A DNA stretch of 64,000 nucleotides. It comes from a bacterium. Lineage in GTDB: Bacteria; Patescibacteriota; Minisyncoccia; Phycocordibacterales; JAGLPS01. This document shows, piece by piece, positions 29,151 through 39,214 of this stretch. The position numbers were made by a program, and so were the translations under genes. The stretch is from NCBI GenBank assembly GCA_030690305.1, contig JAUYHB010000013.1, positions 5,221 through 69,220 on the forward strand, read 5' to 3'. Each line of letters starts with the position of its first letter. Positions within the stretch are counted from its first letter, which is position 1. The notes under the pieces were generated by a model, which worked only from the letters and a program-made list of their open reading frames with translations, was not told the origin of the DNA and did not search any database.

Positions 29151-30038
29151 TTGCGTATGAAAGAAATATCCCTCTCTTACCTTATGGTTACGAAAAACAA
29201 GCTACCCTACTTCAAGGAATCGATCCAAAAGCTTATAAAAGAAAAAAAAGAAGATGAGGAAATACTGGTAGCTGACGGCGGAAGTTCCGACGGCACAGGA
29301 AAGTTTCTTTTTGATCTTAAAGAACGCGGAATGATAGACTACTGCGTGTCTGAACCCGACTTTGGTGAAGCCCACGCCCTCAACAAGCTTTCATTTGCGG
29401 CAAAAGGCAAGCTCATCACTATAGTTACTGATGATGACGTCTTTCATTATCCGACCATACGGGCCATGAAGGAGTTTATGCGGAAGCATCCTGAAATCGA
29501 TATGGTAGGTCCTAATGGTGGTTTTAAGAATAGTGATACGACAAAATCAGTTCGTCCATTTTACTATGAAGACAATTATAGAGAGTGGCAAAAAAACCAC
29601 ACCCCCTTCGCATTCTGCTGCCTTGCTCTTGTATATCGGCGCTCTTCCCTCTCATTACTGGGGCTTTGGAATCCGGCATTTAAAAAGCTGGACGCTGAAT
29701 TCTCTCTTCGCAATACTTCTGGAAAAGCCAACGTTGCATGGTACACGGGACATGCGTATGTAAATATAAGCACTCCGCAAAGCACAAGCCTTGTTTATAT
29801 GAAAAGAATCAAAGACGAGACCGATTTTTTGGATAAATTTTATCTCGGAAAAAATCCAGATCCTTTTGTAATAGAAAAATTCAAAGTTCTTAGAAACAAA
29901 TTACGGAGCGGGTCTTTTTTTAAACAGAAACAGTCTCCCATCGCCATGGAAGAAAAACGGCCAAAACTGGTTACAATAGCCGAAGAATGGTTGGAAAAAA
30001 TAAATAAAGAAAAGAAATTGGAGTTTATCCAAAATTGA
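29151..30038 (+). CDS. Glycosyltransferase family 2
   Basis: 'LSYLMVTKNKLPYFKESIQKL...ILVADGGSSDGT' GT-A fold N-terminus. Confidence 0.7.
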   Translation: MRMKEISLSYLMVTKNKLPYFKESIQKLIKEKKEDEEILVADGGSSDGTGKFLFDLKERGMIDYCVSEPDFGEAHALNKLSFAAKGKLITIVTDDDVFHYPTIRAMKEFMRKHPEIDMVGPNGGFKNSDTTKSVRPFYYEDNYREWQKNHTPFAFCCLALVYRRSSLSLLGLWNPAFKKLDAEFSLRNTSGKANVAWYTGHAYVNISTPQSTSLVYMKRIKDETDFLDKFYLGKNPDPFVIEKFKVLRNKLRSGSFFKQKQSPIAMEEKRPKLVTIAEEWLEKINKEKKLEFIQN

Positions 30039-30919
30039 TAACTGTCCTTATGAAAAAATACGGAGCGTACCCCCTCATTTCAGTTATCATACCGACTCAT
30101 AACAATGCCGGAAGCATCGGCCTTGCGATCGAGTCAATGCTTACACAAACATATCCCAACATAGAAATCATAGTTGTTGATGATCATAGCACCGATACTA
30201 CCGCTGACGTTGTCAAAGATATCGTACGGAAAAATCCAAACGTGTCATATTATCTTTTGCCCTGGGATGACCCTGTCCGATTCAGTAAGACAGGACGGAA
30301 TATAAATGCAGGGTACCTTGCCCGAAATTACGGACTGACTAGAGCAAAAGGAGAATGGATTACATTTCAAGATGGTGACGATGCTTCTCTGGCAAATCGA
30401 ATCGAAGCCCAGTATGATTTGGCGTTAAAACATAATGCTTCTCATGTATGTATTCAGTGGATGAGATACTCACCCGATCTAATTGGCAAACAACTTGATG
30501 TTGAACGGGTGCTTCTCGAGCACCCAGATGCGTTTATAGATAAAGAGTATATTACCGCTCTTGCACACTCATCAAAGGGAATTATTATTCCTCTTTTAGG
30601 AAAATTGAACAGTAAAATTCCGTTTGAAATTAAAGCTAAACGCGTCATTAATAAACTATTCTTCGGTTCATTGGCTTCATACCCGGGCTCGGGAAACAGC
30701 CCTCTTTTTAAACGGGAAATCATTGATAAAGTACGATTCAGAAAATCAAGCGAGCGTGTTTGGCCTTCATTTGTGGGGCGCGGAGCTGATCGGGATTTTA
30801 ATTTTCAGGTTTCCGAGACTTTTAAAAATAGTGTTTCCTTCAATCTGCCACTTTACTTATATAAGTCCAAGAGACAGAATGAGGGCTTTGAGGGTTATGA
30901 GAAATACCTCAAGCCATAA
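30035..30919 (+). CDS. Glycosyltransferase family 2
   Basis: 'ISVIIPTHNNAGSIGLAIESMLTQTYPNIEIIVVDDHSTD' and 'FQDGDD' DxD motif. Confidence 0.8.
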   Translation: MITVLMKKYGAYPLISVIIPTHNNAGSIGLAIESMLTQTYPNIEIIVVDDHSTDTTADVVKDIVRKNPNVSYYLLPWDDPVRFSKTGRNINAGYLARNYGLTRAKGEWITFQDGDDASLANRIEAQYDLALKHNASHVCIQWMRYSPDLIGKQLDVERVLLEHPDAFIDKEYITALAHSSKGIIIPLLGKLNSKIPFEIKAKRVINKLFFGSLASYPGSGNSPLFKREIIDKVRFRKSSERVWPSFVGRGADRDFNFQVSETFKNSVSFNLPLYLYKSKRQNEGFEGYEKYLKP

Positions 30920-30931
30920 GCGTGTTTTTAA

Positions 30932-31729
30932 GTGTCCAATCCTATGCACCAAAAAGAAACCGTAAAACAAAGGCTCAAAAAAATTCCCTTATTAAAAATC
31001 GGGGTAATTTCTTTCCGGATACTCCGGGATAAATACGGCATTATCGCAAAATTAAAACTACTTTCCAGTTTCTTTTCTGACTATCGGCAATACAAAAAAA
31101 TCAACAAAAATGAGGGCTTTTCTCTCAGTATAGAAGACCTGTATCCCCGCATCTTTGATAAAACCAGTGATACTCCCCTTGACCCTGTGTATTTTTTTCA
31201 AAATACATGGTGTGCAAAAAAGGTATTTGAGGTTAAACCTTCCCATCATTATGACGTTGGTTCCGATGCAAAATTTGTCGGTTTGCTTTCACAATTCACC
31301 CCAACAACAATGGTTGATATCCGGCCGCTTCCCCTTACGCTTGAGGGGCTCTCTTTTATGCAAGGCGACATAACGCATTTGCCATTCAGGGATAATGAAA
31401 TTGCCTCCTTAAGTTCTATATGCGTCATAGAGCATATAGGGCTTGGAAGGTACGGCGACCCTCTTGATTCATTCGGTTCCGAGAAAGCAACCAAGGAGCT
31501 CACACGGGTTCTTGCACATAGTGGAAACTTGTACATTTCGGTGCCTGTCGACAAAGCAAACATAACGTACTTCAACGCCCATAGGGCATTTACACGCGAG
31601 TATATTCTTTCGCTTTTCCCCTCGTTGTCGTTGGTTGAGGAAAGATATATTTACGGAAACACAATATATAGCGCATACAATCCGGATAAAGGTTTCGGTA
31701 CGGGGCTGTATCATTTTAAAAAACAATGA
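30932..31729 (+). CDS. Class I SAM-dependent methyltransferase (DUF268-like)
   Basis: 'HYDVGSD...VDIRP...GDITHLPFRDNEIASLSSICVIEHIGLGRYGD' Rossmann MT core. Confidence 0.55.
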   Translation: MSNPMHQKETVKQRLKKIPLLKIGVISFRILRDKYGIIAKLKLLSSFFSDYRQYKKINKNEGFSLSIEDLYPRIFDKTSDTPLDPVYFFQNTWCAKKVFEVKPSHHYDVGSDAKFVGLLSQFTPTTMVDIRPLPLTLEGLSFMQGDITHLPFRDNEIASLSSICVIEHIGLGRYGDPLDSFGSEKATKELTRVLAHSGNLYISVPVDKANITYFNAHRAFTREYILSLFPSLSLVEERYIYGNTIYSAYNPDKGFGTGLYHFKKQ

Positions 31730-32673
31730 ACAAAGACAGAAAACCGATTATCATCTTGCAGCATGGCGGAGGTGAGCTAGGCAATCAGCTTTGGAATTTT
31801 GTGAGCATATATGCGTATTGCCTTGAAAAAGGATACGATTGCAGAAATTATTCTTTTTTTGAATACGGGAAGTTCTTCAATATCCCGGTAAGCAGTCCAC
31901 TTATTGACACGTTCTTTTTCTCCCCTTTTGCTTCGTACACTAAACGGCGCAATGCTATGCGCGTAAAAATATGGAGATTCTTATACAAAATCTTGTTCAT
32001 TATGCCTGTAAGACTTTTCTTTGGAAAAAATATAATATCGTCAAAAAATATCGAAAAGAAGGTGTATTACCTTCCCCCAACCGAAACATCGAAAGAGCTG
32101 GAAAATGCGGAGCGAAGGGCTCGAATGTTGTACATGGATGGATGGCTGTTTAGAAATCCCGTTGGAATGAAAAAATACAGGAAAGAAATAATCACATATT
32201 TTGCACCTCAAAAAGATATTTCGGCATCAATTGAAAAGACGCTCGGCGATTTGCGGGGAAAATACAATTATCTTGTGGGGGTACATATCCGCCAAGGAGA
32301 TTACACGACATACAAAGGCGGAGAGTATCTTATACCTCAAAAAAGAGTGCGAGAGATTTTGGATGAATACTTACACATAAACGACAAGGACTCGGCCTCA
32401 ACGTGTTTTGTCATAACAACGGATGGAAAAGTGGATGAAGAAATTTTTAAGGGATTACACATTGTTGTAAACAACAAGAGCGCGGTTGAAGATATGTTCA
32501 CGCTTTCAGGATGCGACGTGATAATCGGTTCCGACAGCAGTTTTGGAAATTTTGCCGCCTATTATGGAGATATCCCCCATATTGTATTCAAAAAAGAACC
32601 GATGGACTGGGAATACTACAAAGGCAAAAGTGATTATTTCGAAAATAAATACTGCACCTTGGTGCATTATTAG
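31726..32673 (+). CDS. GT11-like (fucosyltransferase-like) glycosyltransferase, second copy
   Basis: 'HGGGELGNQLWNF' (compare GGLGNQLFQY) and 'VHIRQGDY' (compare HVRRGDY); 4-nt overlap with upstream gene. Confidence 0.55.
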   Translation: MNKDRKPIIILQHGGGELGNQLWNFVSIYAYCLEKGYDCRNYSFFEYGKFFNIPVSSPLIDTFFFSPFASYTKRRNAMRVKIWRFLYKILFIMPVRLFFGKNIISSKNIEKKVYYLPPTETSKELENAERRARMLYMDGWLFRNPVGMKKYRKEIITYFAPQKDISASIEKTLGDLRGKYNYLVGVHIRQGDYTTYKGGEYLIPQKRVREILDEYLHINDKDSASTCFVITTDGKVDEEIFKGLHIVVNNKSAVEDMFTLSGCDVIIGSDSSFGNFAAYYGDIPHIVFKKEPMDWEYYKGKSDYFENKYCTLVHY

Positions 32674-33614
32674 GATGTTTTCTTTCGACTCTCCTTCTTG
32701 GCCCAGTCTATATATTGATCAATCCCCTCCCAAATAGAAGTTTTTGGAACATATCCAAGACTTTTTGCAAAAGAAATGTCAGCCGGGAAACGGGACACTT
32801 CTCCAGGACGAGCGGGGCCGTGCACCACTTTTACGTTGAATTTTTTGGCAATATAGTCCGCAATATCCTTTATTTTTGTATCTTTGCCGCTTGCGAAATT
32901 AATTGCTTTGCCTGCAAGCCCTTTGGTATTAAAAACAAGGTCATATGCCTGCACTATGTCACTAACATGACTGTAATCCCGTGTGGATTCACCGGTTCCA
33001 AAAACAGTGAGATCTTTCCCTTGCAATCCTCGGGCAACCAAAATCGGAATCAGCGCGCCGAACGGACCGGCATTCTGTTTTTCTCCAAAAACATTAAACG
33101 GACGTGCAATTGTCACATCTACTCCAAACGATCGGTAGTATGCATAACTTAATCTGTCAGCAGCGGCCTTAGAAGCAGCATAGGGACTATTTGGTTTTAA
33201 TTCAGCGGTTTCACTAAGCAGCTCTTCGTCTTTGAGGGTGTGCCCGTCCCCATATACCTCGCAGGTAGAAGCCGCAATAAGTCTGTTTTTGTATTTTTTT
33301 ACTGCTTCCAAAATGTTAAACGTTCCCAAGACATTTACTTGAAGAAAAATACCCGGATCTTGGAGAGATTCATCAACATTGACATGGCCAGCCAAATGGA
33401 AAACCACATCATGTCCTCGCACACTTTTATCAACAGTCTCCCTGTCGGTAATACTGCCCCAAATAATGGTGATTTTGCCTAGAATATCCGCCAGGTTGTT
33501 TTCCGAAAACTCAGAATAGGTGGTCAAAACTGACACATCGTGACCTTTATTTACAAAATGTTTCGCCAGGTGACTTCCCTGAAATCCTCCGCCGCCAGTA
33601 ATTAAGATCTTCAT
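32670..33614 (-). CDS. NAD-dependent epimerase/dehydratase (extended SDR)
   Basis: 'MKILITGGGGFQGSHL', 'YAASKAA' (YxxxK). Confidence 0.8.
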   Translation of the reverse strand: MKILITGGGGFQGSHLAKHFVNKGHDVSVLTTYSEFSENNLADILGKITIIWGSITDRETVDKSVRGHDVVFHLAGHVNVDESLQDPGIFLQVNVLGTFNILEAVKKYKNRLIAASTCEVYGDGHTLKDEELLSETAELKPNSPYAASKAAADRLSYAYYRSFGVDVTIARPFNVFGEKQNAGPFGALIPILVARGLQGKDLTVFGTGESTRDYSHVSDIVQAYDLVFNTKGLAGKAINFASGKDTKIKDIADYIAKKFNVKVVHGPARPGEVSRFPADISFAKSLGYVPKTSIWEGIDQYIDWAKKESRKKTS

Positions 33615-33735
33615 CCGATAGTTTTAAACCAATAATCGCCTTAAAATAGCACATTTTAGAGCCAAAAACAAACAATGCGGGGAATCGTGTTTTGATTTAT
33701 ACTAGGAGGCGTCTTAAGCCACTCTAGAATTTCAT

Positions 33736-34644
33736 ATGAATAACCAAATAAAGTCTGCTTCGTTTTTGCCACATTCTGTCCCTCTGTGGATCTTGGGCAG
33801 CGCTTTGGTTATCTCCATTTTTGCCTTCATTGTCATAACGCAATTTGACACAACCCGACTGGCGCTATTCGGGCCTACTGCAAAAATATATCTTACGGCC
33901 ATTCAAAATGGGCTCATGTCTGCTGTTTCCATACTGGCGCTTGCTTTTGTATCTTTTTTGTTTTTTAAAAAGAAAATTGAAAAGGTGAGGGTTCAATTTA
34001 CGAATTTTTACTTTTCATTAAGCAACAAAAAACAAAACACTCTTGTGTTGGTTTTATGCATGTTGTTTGTCTTCGCAAGTAATGCAGAAAATATCATACA
34101 CGGCTATTTCAACATGGATGACCTCACTGTAGTCGGACTTAATCACCTGCTTCCCTTTTCAAAAGCGGTAATCACTCCCTATGGTAATGACCACGCATTC
34201 CCTCTTTTCATAACGGAAATGAAAATACTCGACGTGTTGTTCGGTCAGAATCCGATTCCTTATAATTTCTTTTTTCTTATTTTATTTTCCCTGATTCCGT
34301 TTTTTGTATATCTCTCCTTTAAGAAACTAGGTTTGAATATGTTGAGTTTTACAACATTTCTCATAGTTTTTGCGGGCGCACCTGCATGGACAGAGATCAT
34401 TACCGGCTTTTATATCATGTCCATATATCCTCAGATACTTCTTTTCTTCTCTATAGCCTCATGGAGCTATCTGGCGTGGAGAGAATCACATACCCCCAAA
34501 CACATACTTATTTTTGCTCTTTCGCTTATGCTCGCGTTAGCAAGCGATACCTCGGGAATATGGGTTCTTCCAGTGATTATTCTGTTTATGCTTGGAGTTC
34601 ATTACTTTAGTCCCCAGCCTTCCCAAGCGGAAAAACACATATGA
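33736..34644 (+). CDS. Polytopic membrane protein (N-terminal half of a GT-C-like transferase?)
   Basis: 302 aa, about 8 TM segments, 'HGYFNMDDLTVVG' acidic loop motif after TM1-2. Confidence 0.5.
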   Translation: MNNQIKSASFLPHSVPLWILGSALVISIFAFIVITQFDTTRLALFGPTAKIYLTAIQNGLMSAVSILALAFVSFLFFKKKIEKVRVQFTNFYFSLSNKKQNTLVLVLCMLFVFASNAENIIHGYFNMDDLTVVGLNHLLPFSKAVITPYGNDHAFPLFITEMKILDVLFGQNPIPYNFFFLILFSLIPFFVYLSFKKLGLNMLSFTTFLIVFAGAPAWTEIITGFYIMSIYPQILLFFSIASWSYLAWRESHTPKHILIFALSLMLALASDTSGIWVLPVIILFMLGVHYFSPQPSQAEKHI

Positions 34645-36008
34645 CATTTTTAAAGGAAAACAAAATCCCCCTCCTTGTAGTCTGCGTTGTCGCGACCCTT
34701 TTCGGGATTTTTCTATATGTAACATTTTTTATCATCCAACCGGGAACATTTTTGAGTTCCCTTGATGGTGATATCTTGGTTGCGACAGAAGCTCAAGGGA
34801 AAGAAGCCAATTGGAAACCGGCCCTTCTTGCGGAAAATTTCGTATCTTTATTCAGCTCGGGAGTATCTCTTTCGGCAATCGCCCCCGATATAGGGAAAAT
34901 TGCCACTCATCCTTCAATAAAAAGCTCTGTGGAACCCTTCTGGCCTTCCTTTGAGACGGGTATCTTCATTGCTAACCTTTTAGTCCTGTATATCGTCATA
35001 CGGCATGCCTCACAGGGTGAAAAAAGATTTATTTTTTTTCTGTTATGCGCAATAGGTATCACTATTTTTATGGTCATTCTTGCACGGCCTGACCACAGCA
35101 TCATCCCTGATTTTGACTATCGGTATGCAGGACCTCCTTTTTATTTTTACTGTCTCTTCATCGCTTTAAGTATTTCTATAGCAACAAAAATCAAAAAAGA
35201 GTATGCGATAGGAATTATTGCGTCGGTTTTGGTCGTTATTCTCGCTTCACAACAAGCCTTTTCCTTCCACGGCGCACGACTAGCTCAAGAATCGAAAATG
35301 AGACAAGAAGCGATTGTTTTGCTCAACAACAGTCTATTAAGTGAGCTTGGAAGGCTTGAAAAAAGCGAAGAGCAGCTGGTCATACCAAACCTCACCGGCG
35401 CTCATATATTCCAGGGCATGCCGGGCTACACCCTTGCCGATTATTTACTCTTTTTCAACAAAAAAATTCCCGTTCTTCTTGTTCAAAATGTCTACATGCC
35501 CCGTGACGTTAAAACTCACATTGTGGAGACGACAAAAAGCCTTCGAGCTTCAACAAGCCCAGAATTTATCGAAGCCCTTAAACAGGAAGGGACAATCCGG
35601 TCTTATTACACTTCTCCCGTATGGTTACTTTATAGCAATATCGAAGGCCAAAGAATATCTTCATCCGAAACCTCATTAGAAGGAAATGGAAATGTGATTA
35701 TACAAAAAAGTGAGTTTGATCCGGAAAAATTAAATGTGGTAGAATTTTCTCTCTATACCGATAATGTCCCGGGAAATTTAGAGTTTACTTTCTCCTTCAC
35801 AAGCGACTTTACTATTGAAGGAAAGGCAGGCGCAGTGAGAATTGATGATTACACGCCTTACACAATAAAAGATGGAAAACGCCTCTACCATATAGAGATA
35901 AACATGCTCCAGATTTATACATATGCCCTTTCACAGAATATCTCCGATTTTCTGCTTCATGTCCCCAAAGAGAAAAACCCCGTGGTCATGGGTGTTTATT
36001 TGAAATAG
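34641..36008 (+). CDS. Membrane protein with N-terminal TM region and about 200-aa C-terminal soluble domain (C-terminal half of GT-C-like transferase?)
   Basis: 455 aa; 4-nt ATGA overlap with the preceding membrane ORF. Confidence 0.5.
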   Translation: MTFLKENKIPLLVVCVVATLFGIFLYVTFFIIQPGTFLSSLDGDILVATEAQGKEANWKPALLAENFVSLFSSGVSLSAIAPDIGKIATHPSIKSSVEPFWPSFETGIFIANLLVLYIVIRHASQGEKRFIFFLLCAIGITIFMVILARPDHSIIPDFDYRYAGPPFYFYCLFIALSISIATKIKKEYAIGIIASVLVVILASQQAFSFHGARLAQESKMRQEAIVLLNNSLLSELGRLEKSEEQLVIPNLTGAHIFQGMPGYTLADYLLFFNKKIPVLLVQNVYMPRDVKTHIVETTKSLRASTSPEFIEALKQEGTIRSYYTSPVWLLYSNIEGQRISSSETSLEGNGNVIIQKSEFDPEKLNVVEFSLYTDNVPGNLEFTFSFTSDFTIEGKAGAVRIDDYTPYTIKDGKRLYHIEINMLQIYTYALSQNISDFLLHVPKEKNPVVMGVYLK

Positions 36009-36009
36009 A

Positions 36010-37173
36010 TTACTCCTGGTTTCCAAACTCGTTGGACAGCTGCTTGTCAATTTCCTGCAACTGTTCCTGTGCGTCAGCAATTTTGACAAGATTGTTTTCA
36101 ATAATAAATTTAGAAACTACGAGACCCACGACATGATTTCCCGCTATGTTGTAGTGACCATCTTTAGGCCAAATAAGGGGTGTAGCTTTTGAATATGTAC
36201 CAAAAACAGGATCAAGGTCAACGTAGGGTATATTTTCCTTCTCTAGAAAAGGAATAACCCGCGTATTGTCGTAAGGGGCCAGAACAAATAGTAGCCTCGC
36301 GTCTTTTTCTTCCGCAAATTTTTTGAAGTCTAAAATATTGTTCAGGTGCTTTTCGTACTCCGCATCAGTTTTTTCAATAGGCGTTCCTTCCTGTTGCGCA
36401 AGCACCCCTTGTTTCTCAAGTGCCTGTGTCAGTTGCGGGAATAACAAATCTATCTTTGCACGAATATCACTTTTGAAGAGATTGAATAAAACCGAACGAT
36501 TCGTGACAAAACATCTGATACGGGCAACGGTTCTGTTGGAAGGGATAACAGGACTGCAATATTTTGTAAAATTGGCATACTTTTCTTGAGCCTGCTCTTC
36601 TGTCACACCGTTCTTAGCAAGATCCTTCACGAGATACCCATTGTAACTTGTGTTTTGGGGTGAATTTACGTCATCAGAAAAGTCATTATACGCGGTATAT
36701 CCTACAATAATAAGACTGGGGGATGCGAAAGACCCTATAATCTTCTTGGCCTTCATCAGTTCCTGCTTTGTGCCATAGCCCACCACTCCACATTTGATCG
36801 TGCGCGTTCCCAATAGTTTTTCTATCCTTCTTCCCCACGTATCTTCAAAGGGAGTAAAACTCCATGTGAGACTATCCCCGCCTAGGTATATATAGGGTGT
36901 TTCTCCACTAAAGTCCGTATCAAAACAGCCCAGGTTGTTTGACCAAATGGGAAACGCCGCATCTTTGAAAAAATGGGTAGAAGTCGGAAAATTCTTTGCG
37001 ATATCATAACCAAGCTCCACATCATCCACAAAATAATATTGAGGATAATTCAATCTGTAGATTGTTGCCTTGAGAGGCGAAAAATATAAAGCAACGTCAA
37101 TTAAAACAAGCGTGATGATGGTGCTTGTAATTGTGAGGACAATATCCCCTCCATGTTTTTTAATCCAATTCAT
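36010..37173 (-). CDS. SGNH/GDSL hydrolase-fold protein with N-terminal membrane anchor
   Basis: 'IYLGGDSLTWSF' (GDSL block I), 'DGHYNIAGNHVVG' (block V DxxH); start at MNWIKK (37173), overlaps the carbamoyltransferase stop. Confidence 0.65.
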   Translation of the reverse strand: MNWIKKHGGDIVLTITSTIITLVLIDVALYFSPLKATIYRLNYPQYYFVDDVELGYDIAKNFPTSTHFFKDAAFPIWSNNLGCFDTDFSGETPYIYLGGDSLTWSFTPFEDTWGRRIEKLLGTRTIKCGVVGYGTKQELMKAKKIIGSFASPSLIIVGYTAYNDFSDDVNSPQNTSYNGYLVKDLAKNGVTEEQAQEKYANFTKYCSPVIPSNRTVARIRCFVTNRSVLFNLFKSDIRAKIDLLFPQLTQALEKQGVLAQQEGTPIEKTDAEYEKHLNNILDFKKFAEEKDARLLFVLAPYDNTRVIPFLEKENIPYVDLDPVFGTYSKATPLIWPKDGHYNIAGNHVVGLVVSKFIIENNLVKIADAQEQLQEIDKQLSNEFGNQE

Positions 37174-39043
37174 TGGCACTGGAATTAAATAGTCCTTGAG
37201 CAAATTCGGGCTGTTTTTTCTTATCAAAAAGAAAATCCCCTATGACTAGGTAGTCCATTTCAGTGTTCATAAAACAGCGATACGCATCTTCTGGAGTACA
37301 AACAATAGGTTCGCCTCGCACATTAAAACTCGTGTTTATGAGAATACCATAGCCGGTTTTTTCCTTAAAGAAGTTGATGAGTTTCCAATATTTTTCATTC
37401 GTCTCTTTAGGAACCGTTTGGATTCTCGCCGAATAATCAAGATGGGTTACTGCGGGAATGTCAGATCGCGGGGTATAGAGTTTTTCAAAAAGTGGCAAGT
37501 CTTGTGAAGGAAAAGGCTTTCTTCTTTTTTTCGCCACTGGTACAGTAAAAAGCATGTAGGGAGAGGGGGTTTTTGTTTCAAAATATTCTGAAACGTCCTC
37601 CTCCAAAACCGATGGAGCAAAAGGTCTGAATCCCTCGCGTTGTTTAATTTTCAGATTGAGTTTTTTCTGCATTTCAGGATTCCGAGCATCAGCTAAGATG
37701 CTTCTGTTTCCGAGGGCCCGCGGGCCCCATTCCATTCTTCCCTGCATCCAACCCACTACATTTCCTTGCGCTATAAGATCGGCGACCTTCTTCGCTAATT
37801 CCTCATATTCATCATATTTTTCAAACTCTGCCCCGTATTTCCTTATGGTCCGCTCTATGTCCGTTACAGAGTACTCGGGACCAAGATATGACCCGTTCAT
37901 AGCATCTTTGCTTTCTCTTAAAACCCGATCCTTGCCTGCCCATATATGATAGCCCGCTAAAGCAGCTCCTAATGCCCCTCCGGCGTCGCCTGCAGCAGGT
38001 TGTGCCCATACATCCTTAAAGATGCTCGCCTCTCGTATCCGTGCGTTAACCACACAATTAAGAGCCACTCCGCCTGCAAGAACAAGATATTCAGAACCTG
38101 TTATTTCTTTTGCAGTTCTAGCGAGACGCACCATGATCTCTTCCGTAACTTCCTGTATTGCAAGCGCAAGATCAGAGTGCTCCTGTGTAAGAAGACTTTC
38201 AGCTGGACGAGGAGGAATGTTAAACAATGCTTCCCACTTTTTGTTATTGCACATTCGGTCACCAGTAGCAAAAGTGAAGTAACTCATATTAAGCGTTATG
38301 GAGCCATCTTCTTTGAGACTCACAAGCTCTGAAAGAATCTTTTCTTTGAACAAAGTAACACGTTTACTTCCTTTAGCTCCGTACGGTGCAAGGCCCATGA
38401 GCTTGTATTCCCCACTGTTCACCTTGAATCCGCAATAGTATGTAAATGCGGAATATAAGAGACCAATAGAATGAGGAAATTTCATTTCCCGAAGAATAGA
38501 TACTTCTTTTCCTTCCCCAAGGCAGATAGTCGTTGTCGCCCATTCCCCGACCCCGTCAACTGTAAGAATCGCTGCGTTTTTAAATGGAGAGGGGTAAAAG
38601 GCACTTGCCGCATGCGAAAGATGATGTTCAGGAAATAGAAGTGGCGGGCGTTTGTGTATCTTTTTGCCTGTCGCCTCTTCAAGGCCTTTCCAAATGTTTG
38701 CACGCATAAACAGTTTTTCTTTTATCCACACTGGCATCGCCATGGAGAAGCTTGTAAGTCCTGTGGGAGCAAATGCATGGTAAGTCTCCAAAAGACGTTC
38801 GAATTTCAGCAGTGGTTTGTCGTAAAAAACAACGGCATTAAGGTCGGAAATTGTAAGACCGTATTCAGAAAGTACGTATTCTACGGCATGTGTTGGGAAA
38901 CCGGCATCGTGTTTTTTACGAGTAAAGCGTTCCTCATGAGCTGCGGCAACAACCTCCCCGTCAATAACCAAAGCGGCGGCACTGTCATGGTAATAAGCGG
39001 AAATGCCCAAAATCCTCATTGGAGAAACAGGTTTTTCTGTCAT
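37160..39043 (-). CDS. Carbamoyltransferase, NodU/CmcH/TobZ family
   Basis: 627 aa; 'MRILGISAYYHDSAAALVIDGEVVAAAHEERFTRKKHDAGFP' N-terminal Kae1/YgjD-like domain plus C-terminal YrdC-like carbamoyl domain. Confidence 0.85.
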   Translation of the reverse strand: MTEKPVSPMRILGISAYYHDSAAALVIDGEVVAAAHEERFTRKKHDAGFPTHAVEYVLSEYGLTISDLNAVVFYDKPLLKFERLLETYHAFAPTGLTSFSMAMPVWIKEKLFMRANIWKGLEEATGKKIHKRPPLLFPEHHLSHAASAFYPSPFKNAAILTVDGVGEWATTTICLGEGKEVSILREMKFPHSIGLLYSAFTYYCGFKVNSGEYKLMGLAPYGAKGSKRVTLFKEKILSELVSLKEDGSITLNMSYFTFATGDRMCNNKKWEALFNIPPRPAESLLTQEHSDLALAIQEVTEEIMVRLARTAKEITGSEYLVLAGGVALNCVVNARIREASIFKDVWAQPAAGDAGGALGAALAGYHIWAGKDRVLRESKDAMNGSYLGPEYSVTDIERTIRKYGAEFEKYDEYEELAKKVADLIAQGNVVGWMQGRMEWGPRALGNRSILADARNPEMQKKLNLKIKQREGFRPFAPSVLEEDVSEYFETKTPSPYMLFTVPVAKKRRKPFPSQDLPLFEKLYTPRSDIPAVTHLDYSARIQTVPKETNEKYWKLINFFKEKTGYGILINTSFNVRGEPIVCTPEDAYRCFMNTEMDYLVIGDFLFDKKKQPEFAQGLFNSSANELD

Positions 39044-39046
39044 GAA

Positions 39047-39196
39047 CTAAAAAACAGTATAAATAAACGGGGCTATGGCGGTTCCTCCTCCAAATACAAG
39101 AATTGCTCCAACGACAACAAGTACAATTATGGCGGGCAGAAGCCAGAACTTTTTTCGTGTTTTTAAAAACCCCCAAATGTCTTTCAAAAAATCCAT
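39047..39196 (-). CDS. 49-aa single-TM protein (SxtK/DUF5989-like), carbamoyltransferase-associated
   Basis: MDFLKDIWGFLKTRKKFWLLPAIIVLVVVGAILVFGGGTAIAPFIYTVF; stop 3 nt before the carbamoyltransferase ATG; below the ORF-track cutoff. Confidence 0.55.
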   Translation of the reverse strand: MDFLKDIWGFLKTRKKFWLLPAIIVLVVVGAILVFGGGTAIAPFIYTVF

Positions 39197-39214
39197 ATAA
39201 TTGATTAATGCATA

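Noticed and set aside
33615..33735. Possible promoter (ttgatttatact) upstream of the 33736 membrane gene
   Set aside because: Only a weak -10-like hexamer without a convincing -35 at proper spacing. Not reported as a feature.
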